64,000 nt of DNA. Origin: Octopus sinensis. Its lineage: Eukaryota. Made by a program: the position numbers and the translations under genes. The DNA lies in NCBI RefSeq assembly GCF_006345805.1, contig NC_042999.1:40796001-40860000 (forward strand), read 5' to 3'. Positions 1-12,414 of this stretch are shown here, in pieces (within the stretch, counting starts at the first letter, position 1; each line of letters begins with the position of its first letter). The notes under the pieces are model-generated. The model saw nothing but the letters and a program-made list of their open reading frames with translations, was not told where the DNA came from and did no database searches.

Positions 1-130
1 TTAAGAAGCTCAATATTTGGGTTCCACATAAATGGAAAGGGATTCACTTAACACAACGAATCACGATTTGCGATATGCATCTCAGACGCAATGAAATCGA
101 ACTTGTTTTGAAACGAATCATCACTGATAA
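1..130 (+). pseudogene. mariner transposase fragment, cut by the window edge and a SINE
   Basis: Translates KKLNIWVPHK..IHLTQRITICDMHLRRNEIELVLKRIITD: the mariner WVPH linker and the lead-in to the first catalytic D. Confidence 0.75.
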
Positions 131-243
131 CCTGTAACTTAGCGGTTCGGTAAAAGAGGCCGCCAAGTTACAGGGACGTAAACGCACCAGCATCGGTTGT
201 CAAGTGATGTTGGGGAGGACAAACACAAACACACAAACATATA

Positions 244-316
<73 letters not shown>

Positions 317-727
317 ATATATAACGGGAAGGTTTACGAAAATAAACAAAAGACGAAGGCAGGTGGAGTACAAACAAACAATTGTATTAGTATGGCGCTC
401 AGGAATAGAAATAAAACATACATACGACGGGCTTTCAGTTTCCGTCTACCAAATCCACTTACAAGGCTTTGGTCGGCCCGAGGCTATAGTAGCAGACACT
501 TCCCCAAGGTGCCACGCAGTGGGACTGAACCCGGAAACATTGGTTCGTAAGCATATATATATATATAATATATAAACACACCAGCATCGGTTGTCAAGCG
601 ATGTTGGGGGGGACAAACACAGACACACAAACATATACACACATATACACACATATATACACACATATATACACACACACACACGCACACACACACACAC
701 ACACACCACACACACACACACACACAC

Positions 728-758
<31 letters not shown>

Positions 759-2165
759 CGGGAAGGTTACGAAAATAAACAAAAGACGAAGGCAGGTGGA
801 GTACAAACAAACAATTGTATTAGTATGGCGCTCAGGAATAGAAATAAAACATACATACGACGGGCTTCTTTCAGTTTCCGTCTACCAAATCCACTTACAA
901 GGCTTTGGTCGGCCCGAGGCTATAGTAGAAGACACTTCCCCAAGGTGCCACGCAGTGGAACTGAACCCGGAAATATGTGGTTCGTAAGCATATATAATAT
1001 ATAAACACACCAGCATCGGTTGTCAAGCGATGTTGGGGAGACAACACAGACACACAACATATACTCACATACATACACACACACTTCCCCAAGGTGCCAC
1101 GCAATGGGACTGAACCCGGAAACATGTGGTTCGTAAGCACAGCCACTCCTACGCTTATAACATCTTTTGAATATGTGTTGCATATTACGATTGGCAATAG
1201 TCGAAAACACACTTAAGGAAGAAATTCATGGTGGAAATGATGGAATGAAATATCAGCGTAGATGGTAAGCGAGAGACGTACAATCTTTTGCCCACATTGT
1301 GTAAATGAGTGTTATGTTCCTCGTAGAAATGAAAAGCCAATCCGTGCTATTCATTGTTACGATGGCATTCCTGGAAATAAATTTGCCGCCATCATAAGTA
1401 TGCATGTATGCGTGTGTGCGCGTCTATGTGTATGCGCTTGAGTGTGTTGGCGGGAAGGGCGTGCGAGTGTGTAAAGAAGACACTCCCAGTTCTAAATCAA
1501 AACAAAAGTTATTTGACATATCCAGACATTAACAAGAATAATAGACAAACACGCATATTTATGCGACCCATAAATATGAGTGTGTGTCTAAATGTATATA
1601 CCCCCATACATGCGCATACACAACATAACAAAACCAATTTAGGCAGATATACAGGCAAATTTACCCGAATGTCGGCACAAATACATAAGCAGTAACAAAT
1701 CTATTTATATGTATGGATATGTATATATACATATATGTATATATATATATATATAATATATATATATATATATTATATATATATATATATTATATATATA
1801 TATATAATATATAACGGGAAGGTTTACGAAAATAAACAAAAGACGAAGGCAGGTGGAGTACAAACAAACAATTGTATTAGTATGGCGCTCAGGAATAGAA
1901 ATAAAACATACATACGACGGGCTTTCAGTTTCCGTCTACCAAATCCACTTACAAGGCTTTGGTCGGCCCGAGGCTATAGTAGCAGACACTTCCCCAAGGT
2001 GCCACGCAGTGGGACTGAACCCGGAAACATTTGGTTCGTAAGCATATATAATATATAAACACACCAGCATCGGTTGTCAAGCGATGTTGGGGGGGACAAA
2101 CACAGACACACAAACATATACACACATATATACACACATATATACACACATATATACACACACAC

Positions 2166-2247
<82 letters not shown>

Positions 2248-3240
2248 ACGGGAAGGTTTACGAAAATAAACAAAAGACGAAGGCAGGTGGAGTACAAACA
2301 AACAATTGTATTAGTATGGCGCTCAGGAATAGAAATAAAACATACATACGACGGGCTTCTTTCAGTTTCCGTCTACCAAATCCACTTACAAAGCTTTGGT
2401 CGGCCCGAGGCTATAGTAGAAGACACTTCCCCAAGGTGCCACGCAGTGGGACTGAACCCGGAAATATGTGGTTCGTAAGCATATATAATATATAAACACA
2501 CCAGCATCGGTTGTCAAGCGATGTTGGGGAGACAAACACAGACACACAAACATATACTCACATACATACACACACACTTCCCCAAGGTGCCACGCAATGG
2601 GACTGAACCCGGAAACATGTGGTTCGTAAGCACAGCCACTCCTACGCTTATTAACATCTTTTGAATATGTGTTGCATATTACGATTGGCAATAGTCGAAA
2701 ACACACTTAAGGAAGAAATTCATGGTGGAAATGATGGAATGAAATATCAGCGTAGATGGTAAGCGAGAGACGTACAATCTTTTGCCCACATTGTGTAAAT
2801 GAGTGTTATGTTCCTCGTAGAAATGAAAAGCCAATCCGTGTGCTATTCATTGTTACGATGGCATTCCTGGAAATAAATTTGCCGCCATCATAAGTATGCA
2901 TGTATGCGTGTGTGCGCGTCTATGTGTATGCGCTTGAGTGTGTTGGCGGGAAGGGCGTGCGAGTGTGTAAAGAAGACACTCCCAGTTCTAAATCAAAACA
3001 AAAGTTATTTGACATATCCAGACATTAACAAGAATAATAGACAAACACGCATATTTATGCGACCCATAAATATGAGTGTGTGTCTAAATGTATATACCCC
3101 CATACATGCGCATACACAACATAAACAAAACAATTTAGGCAGATATACAGGCAATTTACCCGAATGTCGGCACAAATACATAAGCAGTAACAATCATTTA
3201 TATGATGGATATGTATAATACATATATGTATATATATATA
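131..3240. repeat. Nested tandem duplication: ~1.49-kb unit x2, each with ~435-bp subunits of minus-strand SINE-A pieces plus a ~95-bp Penelope-like module
   Basis: Identical ORFs recur at 363/1853 and 1408/2904. Module ATAACGGGAAGG...GAAATAAAAC occurs at ~322, ~755, ~1811 and ~2245. Confidence 0.9.
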
Positions 3241-3413
3241 TATAATATATATTATATTATATATTATATATATACATGTATAATGTACGTATATATATAC
3301 AACTGATATATACATATATATATATGTGTAGATACATTTATATATACATATATATATACATACACACATATATAATATATATCTTATATATACATATAAT
3401 ACATGTATATATA

Positions 3414-3803
3414 GGGGCAGGAGAGGCTGTGTGGTAAGTAGCTTGCTTACCAACCACATGGTTCTGGGTTCAGTCCCACTGCGTGGCATCTTGGGCAAGT
3501 GTCTTCTGCTATAGCCTCGGGCCGACCAATGCCTTGTGAGTGGATTTGGCTGGCGGAAACTGAACAAAGCCCGTCGTATATATGTATATATGTATGTGTG
3601 TGTGTTTGTGTCTGTGTTTGTCCCCCTAACATTTATTGACAACCGATGCTGGTGTGTTTACGTCCCTGTAACTTAGCGATTCGGCAAAAGAAACCTATAG
3701 AATAAGTACTAGGCTTACAAAGAATAAGTCCCGGGGTCGATTTGTTCGACTAAAGGCGGTGCTCCAGCATGGCCGCATTCAAATGACTGAACCAAGTAAA
3801 AGA
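3414..3803 (+). mobile_element. tRNA-derived SINE family A, full length
   Basis: Head GGCTGTGTGGTAAG (A-box-like) ... GGTTCAGTCCC (B-box-like), internal (TA)n/(TG)n, tail GACTGAACCAAGTAAAAG. Many copies in the window. Confidence 0.9.
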
Positions 3804-4588
3804 AAGATATACATATGTCCACATGCATCTATACATAGAGGCTTTGATAATGCGTGTACATGCAATACATTTATGTGCATATATATATATATATATATAA
3901 TATATATTATATATATATATATATATACACGCACACGCACTCTCACCCGTATATGTATATAAATATGAATAAGTACATAAGTATATACATGTGTATATTT
4001 GAGGGAAATCAGACTGGTATCTCTAGCAGATGGAGTTATCATATAAAGACTTCTTGACAACATTCAGAGAAGGGGAGAGAGAGAGAGAGAGAGAGAGAAG
4101 AGTGAGAGAGAAGAACGAAAAAGAAAACGGTGAATGAACAAGAAGGGAGAAAATTACATTATTTGATTAGACAAGCTATAATTATGTAGATTTCTTTTTA
4201 TTTTTTATTGCATCTTTAATATTTCCTTGCATTTGGAGGGAAAAAAACAGATGTCTGAATTCAGTCAACCAAGATTAAATATTGTCAACAAATGCCAAAA
4301 CTTATAGCAGCAAGAACCATAACAACATGAGGAACAGCAACAACAATAATAATAGTGATAATCAACACCAGTAGCAGTTCTAAATATATATCTACTTGTG
4401 TGCATGTATGTATGTATGGTTTTTTTTCTTCAGCTGCGTGAGTTGTAGAGTATTGCTGTCTGTGAGATATCTTATGGTAGTCGAATAGTAGTTTGACTGC
4501 TATTTCTAAATTTCGGTATGTGGTGAAGCAAATTTCGCAGTACCTTAATTATAATTATACACATAATTATAGAATATATATATATATT

Positions 4589-4998
4589 ACTCTTTTACTC
4601 TTTTACTTGTTTCAGTCATTTGACTGCAGCCATGCTGGAGCACTGCCTTTAGTCGAGCAAATCGACCCCGGGACTTATTCTTTGTAAGCCTAGTACTTAT
4701 TCTAGTCGGTCTCTTTTGCCGAACCGCTAAGTGACGGGAACGTAAACACACCAGCATCGGTTGTCAAGCAATGCTAGGGGGACAAACACAGACACACAAA
4801 CACACACACACATACATATATATATTTATATATACATATATATATACGACAGGCTTCTTTCAGTTTCCGACTACCAAATCCACTCACAAGGCATTGGTCG
4901 GCCCGGGGCTATAGCAGAAGACACTTGCCCAAGATGCCACGCAGTGGGACTGAACCCGGAACCATGTGGTTGGTTAGCAAGCTACTTACCACACAGCC
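4589..4998 (-). mobile_element. SINE family A
   Basis: Reverse complement of 3414-3803, with (GAGTAAAA)n tail. Confidence 0.9.
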
Positions 4999-5065
4999 AT
5001 ATATATATATATAAATAAAATATAATATAATGTAATCTACATACATACATATACATATATAATAT

Positions 5066-5770
5066 ATTAAGATTAATGAAAAGAGAACAAATTTCAGGAG
5101 TCTGAATACATTTTGTCTGTAGATTTCTCAACATTGAAATACTTCATAAAAATATACGTAAATATAAATATGTAGATACTGTATAAAATATAAGACATAA
5201 ATGTACTTGTATGACATCGTACGAAATTGTATGTCCGAGTTTGGAATCAATGAGAAAATAATTATACATGCATGGTCAATATGGCATTAATCAATACAAT
5301 CAAATGGATGAAAGGTTGGTTCAAAATGAATTTAAGAGGAATCCATAGACAAAACCAGTGAAAGTTCAATTTCTTTCTTCAGAAGAAAGAAATGTGGATA
5401 ACTCAGATGGATTGAAATGGTTCACCGTTTCATACCACATGTTCTTGAAACGGCCGTAAGAAGTTGAATTTTCATTGAATTTACCTATGGATACCTCTTT
5501 AAATCATTTAAAACCATACTTTCTTCCATTTGATAACTTGGATTAATACAATATTAACCGTGCATGTATAATAGTTTGTTCATTGATTCCAAACATGGAC
5601 ATACAATTTCATACGATATCATCCGAGTATATTTATGTTTTATATTTTCTGCTGTATCTACATTTGTATTTATATTTACGGATAATTTTATGAAGTATTC
5701 CCATGTTGAGAAATCTATTGAAGAAATGAATTCTGACTCCTGAAATTTGTTGGCTTTTTATTAATAATTA
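5066..5770. repeat. Diverged ~700-bp fold-back inverted repeat
   Basis: AACAAATTTCAGGAGTC (~5086) pairs with GACTCCTGAAATTTGTT (~5735); TTTGGAATCAATGA pairs with TCATTGATTCCAAA. Confidence 0.8.
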
Positions 5771-5813
5771 TATTTTATGATGCTTTATTAATTGGATTGC
5801 TACATATACATGA

Positions 5814-5888
<75 letters not shown>

Positions 5889-5931
5889 GTATATATATAC
5901 ATATGTATATATGTGTGTATATATATATACA

Positions 5932-6291
5932 TATAAAATACAGTGTACATTTAAGCACATTAAGCGGTATCCATCGTAGGACTCCCTTACGCTAGAAGGA
6001 ACAGCTAAAGTTCAAACCACTAATTAGGGATAAACTCTCGAAGGGAATGAAAAATAAAAACATTTACCATCTATTTCCTGGACCATGGTTTCAGAATTTT
6101 GTTTAGCAAATATTTGCTAAAAAAAAGTTTGTAACCATGGTCCAGGAAATAGATGGTAAATGTTTTTATTTTTCATTCCCTTCGAGATTTTATCCCTAAT
6201 TAGTGGTTTGAACTTTAGCTGTTCCTTCTAGCGTAAGGGAGTTCTATGATGGATGCCTCTTAATGAGTTTCAATGTACACTGTATTTTATA
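5932..6291. repeat. 360-bp spacer-less palindrome
   Basis: Centre TTAGCAAAT|ATTTGCTAA at 6111/6112. The 180-bp arms are reverse complements with scattered mismatches. Confidence 0.95.
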
Positions 6292-6449
6292 GGAATTATA
6301 TAGTCTACTGACTAATTTTTCGATACTCTAGACCACTGGTAGTAAAAATTTCTAAAATCTTTATTACCCTGATATTATTATGTATATATATATATATACA
6401 TATATTTATGCAAACATATATATATACATATAGACACAGATCTACTTAA

Positions 6450-6480
<31 letters not shown>

Positions 6481-6494
6481 CATACATACATACA

Positions 6495-6525
<31 letters not shown>

Positions 6526-6709
6526 TGTATTTGGTTTGCAAAATTCTTGAAGTGATTTTGAAAATTCGTGCGCTGAAATAACTTTGTTGTGACTTTGGTA
6601 GCACAATGCATCAATAATAGTAACACACACACACAGGTTCAATTTCACTGCTGTACTGTTAGTCAATTGGTTAAACACCTAATCAGCTAACCAATCGATC
6701 GTTGGCTTA

Positions 6710-6940
6710 AGGCGAGCTGGCAGAATGGTTAGCACGCCGGACGAAATGCTTAGCGGTATTTCGTCTGCCATTACGTTCTGAGTTCAAATTCCGCCGAGGT
6801 CGACTTTGCCTTTCATCCTTTCGGGGTCGATAAATTAAGTACCAGTTACGTACTGGGGTCGATATAATCGACTTAATTCGTTTGTCTGTCCTTGTTCGAC
6901 CCCTCTGTGTTTAACCCCTTGTGGGTAGTAAAGAAATAGG
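6710..6940 (+). mobile_element. SINE family B monomer (tail type 1)
   Basis: GGCGAGCTGGCAGAA...GAGTTCAAATTCC (B box)...GCCTTTCATCCTTTCGGGGTCGATAAATTAAGTACCAG...GTAAAGAAATAGG. Confidence 0.9.
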
Positions 6941-7279
6941 TTTAAAAACATTCCTGCTGGTTAAAAACAATCAACCGGTTGCTTATTAATCAAAGTTCTT
7001 TTGTCGCTGTTTGCAACCTTTTCAGTTATTCAGTGACTTTCTCTCTTGAAGATCTGCTCTACGTCTATCTGTGAATTGGTCTTATGCCTTTGCATATGCA
7101 TGCTTGTATGTGTGTGTAAATGTATGTGTGTGTGTGTTGATACGTGTTTACTTAGAAGAAGAGGTAAAGGTGAAAGTAAACCAAAGATTTGAGGGAAGGA
7201 GCAAGAGAGAGAACTCTTCTAAGCAGCGGGAAGCAACGGCCAAATTTCTCTCGAAGCATATCCTACTATTAGGTAATAG

Positions 7280-7480
7280 TTTCTATTTTAGGCACAAGAC
7301 CAGCAGTGTTAAGGGTAGGCATCCGTCAGTACCATCAACCTCATTTCATGACTGGTACTTTGTTTTACGGACCCGAGTAGGATGAAAGGCGAAGTTGACA
7401 CCGGCAGGATTTTACCTCTCGACTTAGAATAAATAATCTCGGGCATATTTCCGTACACTTTAACGTTTCTGCCAGCTTGT
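7280..7480 (-). mobile_element. Diverged SINE family B copy
   Basis: CTGGTAC...GGATGAAAGGCGAAGTTGAC...AACGTTTCTGCCAGCT. Confidence 0.7.
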
Positions 7481-8211
7481 CACTCATCAGAGTTAGTAAT
7501 CTTGGCCAAAAGTTTGGAACATAGTTCTGAAAATTAGAATCTTTATATTAAATCTTCCAAACTTTTAGCCACGACAGTAGATAATGTAAATTAAGTTTAC
7601 TCTAAATGGAAAGTCAATTTCACGACAGGGAGGCTGTTACATTATAAGGTGTAGTCGAGTAAGGGTGACTCAGAGATTAAACAACGACAAAGACAATAAT
7701 CGCAAGTAGACAAGAGTGTTTTTACATGGTCATTAGACTTGCTAGAAACTACAGCCGAACCTCTCTGAAATTGCATCTACTTGCATGAAAGAGCAATTTC
7801 GTTACACCTACATAATTCCGGAAATGTCTTGAGGGTGAGGAAACAGTTATTTATATCGACCTCAAAACACTACCTTTACAATTATTTATCGTCCACCAAT
7901 TTGTATCTAAACAATACTAGAATCAGGAATACTGTTACATAATATGTTACACATTATACCAAACACAGCATCATGGTTTCATATCCAACAGGAGAAGAAA
8001 CTTGTACTCCCAGGACTACATGTTCATCTATGTCTATGCTTCCTTCAAGGGATTAGAAAAAGAACAAGCTATCTAACAGATTCTACTTCCGTGTATATTG
8101 CTTTAAAGAAAAGATGATAGATGCAACAACAGAAATTGGAATGCCAAGTTTTTCTCAGTAAATTGCTCGTGTGAGTGTAAAGCTTCAAAAGACAACTATA
8201 AGGATGGAAAT

Positions 8212-8616
8212 CAGGAGTGGCTGTGTGGTAAGTAGCTTGCTAACCAACTACATGGTTCTGGGTTCATTCCCACTGCGTGGCATTTGAGCAAGTGTCTTCT
8301 GCTACAGCCCCGGGCCGACCAATGCCTTGTGAGTGGATTTGGTAGACGGAAACTGAAAGAAGCCTGTCGTATATATGTATATATATATGTGTGTATGTGT
8401 TTGTGTATCTGTGTTTGTCCCCCTAGCATTGCTTGACAACCGATGCTGGTGTGTTTACGTCCCCGTCACTTAGCGGTTCGGCAAAAGAGACCGATAGAAT
8501 AAGTACTGGGCTTACAAAGAATAAGTCCCGGGGTCGATTTGTTCGACTAAAGGCGGTTCTCCAGGATGGCCGCAGTCATATGACTGAAACAAGTAAAAGA
8601 GTAAAGAGTAAAGAGT
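8212..8616 (+). mobile_element. SINE family A, full length
   Basis: CAGGAGTGGCTGTGTGGTAAG head through AAGTAAAAGAGTAAAGAG tail. Confidence 0.9.
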
Positions 8617-9003
8617 ATTTGAATCCAAATTACGAAAACTGCATATAACGTATAACGCTGAAATATAAATCTCACTGAATAGCAGCTGATATATTCTTAA
8701 GGAAAGAACTCAGCTCAGAAGTACACTATGAATGCAATAAACTACCGAATAATATGCTTACCTGAGTAAGTCATGATATATAAAATTTCACCAGCTGAAA
8801 ATTAATCAGACTCGAAATAGAAAGACTGCGACACATATTAATTCGATTTTTTAAATGCTATTTCATCAGATATCTCAAAACGTGGTTCAAGAAGTAAATG
8901 CAGAATAAATGGTTATCTGCATATTTGCTGCCATCCTGAGACGGAGACAAACATCAATATAACTGGCATATACATAGATACATATATACATACATACATA
9001 CGA

Positions 9004-9080
<77 letters not shown>

Positions 9081-9340
9081 AGAGTCTGATATTTCAATCA
9101 CCTGAAGATTGACTGTAACTCGAATTATTACAAATTGGACAGCCATGAAACGATCATAGTGTTATACTCATTATCTTTTTTTAATAATTTTGATATATTT
9201 AAAATAATATAAATTAATTAATCTTATGTATTGGCTTAAGTTTTTCATTGTATGATTTGCCTAATAGTGGTTTTATCCCTAATTTAATATAATATATATA
9301 TTATATTAAATTAGAGATTTAATATAATATATTAAATTTA

Positions 9341-9409
<69 letters not shown>

Positions 9410-9770
9410 TACATGATGGCCGTCCACTCATGATCGAGGAAAAGCCCTTACTGATTTTTAGGAACATTGTGCGTTCAAGACCACCTTATACTTAACACTT
9501 GCGACTCCATTGGTGAATAACGGGCCCTGCTCTTGACAATATACACGAGAGCAAACATTGCAGACCAAGCTTTCCCCTATTCATTAGACTAGCAATATGT
9601 TTTCGAGCAACGCGCTTAAATTATTCAAGAAGAACACGTGTTCTTTCAAAGGTATCGACTCCCTTCTTTGCCTGTTTCCTCCATCCGTGGCGATGACAAG
9701 CATCGCTATCCCAGTTAGCCGCCCGCATTTCACAGGCCTTTAATGAAGACTCGACACAGTCCTTAAATCA
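9410..9770 (-). pseudogene. RTE-like LINE 3' fragment
   Basis: Minus strand reads FKDCVESSLKAC...NW...A.HR.GWRK with stops, typical of the RTE ORF C-terminus. Confidence 0.55.
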
Positions 9771-9776
9771 TGCATA

Positions 9777-10170
9777 TCTTTATATATAAAAGTGAAGTTG
9801 TGTGTCTGTCTCCTACAATTTAGATTCCTAACTACTCCCACATTTTGCGGTGCAGTGTAACCAAAAGCGGGTATCTTATAGTCGTGATTCATATCGAGCC
9901 CTTCTGGGTATTAGCGCTCGTCTACGATGAGTCTACGATTTAAAAAAAAATTACCATCAATTTTTCACATTTTTAATGCATTTTCGCTCGGTTTATATAA
10001 GGGAAGTAACTCTCTAAAAATGTATTATTAAATCTCTGAACGTAAAAAGCTACAGTAAAACCCCCTTTGTGGTAAGCCATATTGAGATGGCTATTATACT
10101 TTACATTTCTAAAAATGCTTGTATAGTTATTTCCCTTACAAACCCGAGCAACGCCGGGCGATACTGCTAG
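9777..10170 (+). mobile_element. Non-autonomous Helitron, 394 bp
   Basis: 5' TCTTTATATATAAA; 3' hairpin CCCGAGCAACGCCGGG then CGATACTGCTAG; inserted between A and T with no TSD. Confidence 0.9.
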
Positions 10171-11069
10171 TATACATATATAACATGATATATATACATT
10201 TTTAAAATGTTCCTATATATCAGTACGCGAACAATATATCCGCGTGATTTTGACTCAGAGAACAAATTTCTCCCAATAGACTTCGTGTGTAAAACACAGC
10301 AAGCTTTAAGCAATGTCAGCGGACTTCTAGAGCCGACGTTTCGGTATGATTCCGTCTTCTCCGTGAGACATGCCATTTCAGTGTTTACCTTCTTATGTAG
10401 ATAACAATAAAATAAAGCATTTACTGATGTGTGTAGTGAAGCTTGGCGAGCTGAAATTAATTCAGTATAGGTGCACTAAGCAGCAATGCTCAACATCATG
10501 GTGTGGACACAATTTTATAGTATGTTCTTGAGTTTTTTGTTGTTTTTTTTAGCACGTTCCTGTGCAACAGAACTTGGAAGCTGATGTGTTTTTACACACT
10601 AAGTCTATGAGAAGAGTTTCGATCAGTGAGGCAAAATAGGGAGTACCATTCACTTGCTACTGTTGAAAATAAATGTACACGTCATTATCTTAACTCCCAC
10701 TGTTCTGAGCGCCTATGCTAAACAAATGTCTGTATGTATGGATTGATAGAGGCATGGATGTATACAGACACAAATATACACACAATAACACAAACACACA
10801 CACACATACACAATCATACATTCGTTCAGATTCAGGAATAAGGTTTTTGTGCATTTTCCTTTTGATTCGATGAATCAGTTCATATTTTATGCCTTTGTAA
10901 CGCAAAAATTTGTTTAACCAAATGTATGTGTGTGTTTCTTTCCTTATTGTTGTATATAATTCATTTCCTATTTTTTTAATGTTTTATTTTTCTTGCCATA
11001 GCCTGTAGCTAACGTAGCGTTTTCATTTGCGGAAACTCATGAGTAGTGGGTTTTATGGCTTCAACCTGA

Positions 11070-11228
11070 AAGAGAGAGACAGAGAGACAGAGAGAGCGAG
11101 AGAGAGACAGAGAGAGACAGAGAAGGGAATGAGGGGTAAAGATTGGGACACAGATAAAGAAGGGGAGAGAGAGGGTGAGAGAGGAATCGACAGATAGACA
11201 GACTGACAGACAGACAGATAGATAGATG

Positions 11229-11295
<67 letters not shown>

Positions 11296-11311
11296 GGATA
11301 GATAGATAGAT

Positions 11312-11344
<33 letters not shown>

Positions 11345-11373
11345 CATACATACAGACAGACAGACAGACAGAC

Positions 11374-11415
<42 letters not shown>

Positions 11416-11914
11416 AAATATAGATATATAGATATAAAGATATAGATAAAAATATATAGATATAGATAGACAGACAGACAGATACATACATACATACATA
11501 CATACATGCATGCATACATACATACATACATACATACATAAACAGACATATACTTTTACAAGTACATATATGAATACATATACATTGAGATACGGTAATT
11601 ATACAGATAAGTCTCGATTATACAAATAGCTGTGTTTGTGTGGATACGTGTATGGACTTATAAGTGTATGTGTGTATGTGTGAATGTGTGTACGTGCATG
11701 CATATACATTTATATATTCACACAAATGTAAATGAATTTTTTTACATACATAGTCATAGAGACGCATAAACACACACACACACGAATAAACAGATATACA
11801 CTACCACACATTCACATTTGCACGTTCGTGAAGACGTAATCATGCATACACATATACGTGTACAGCTCTGCATACACACACACACACGTACACACACACA
11901 CACACACACACACA

Positions 11915-11981
<67 letters not shown>

Positions 11982-12105
11982 TATATATACATATGTACAT
12001 ATATGCATATAGATATATACATGCATATATACATATATATATATACATAACGGGAGAGAGAGAGAGGGAGATATACATACATATTGACATGTATCTATAT
12101 AGATG

Positions 12106-12170
<65 letters not shown>

Positions 12171-12200
12171 TACATACATGTATGCATGTAGGCATGGATG
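11070..12200. repeat. Compound microsatellites (AG)n/(GATA)n/(GACA)n/(TACA)n/(CA)n/(TA)n
   Basis: Direct reading. Confidence 0.95.
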
Positions 12201-12414
12201 TATGAATTTATGTGTGCATGTATGTATATACGTACAGGCAAGCGCGAAAATACACGCTAACAGACACGTATCCGTTGGTGAATAGATAGCTGATACGAAG
12301 AGACAAGATGGAGATTGTGAAGTGGAGCGAGAAAAAAATTGTAGGGAGAGTTTGGGGAGAATAAAGTATATGCGTTGGTGTCTGTGGGGAAAGCGAAAGC
12401 AGGAAAACATAAGG

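Noticed and set aside
10325-10365. Minus-strand hammerhead-like GAGAAGA-CGG...CC-GAAACGTC
   Set aside because: The core lacks C3-U4; at most a dead remnant.
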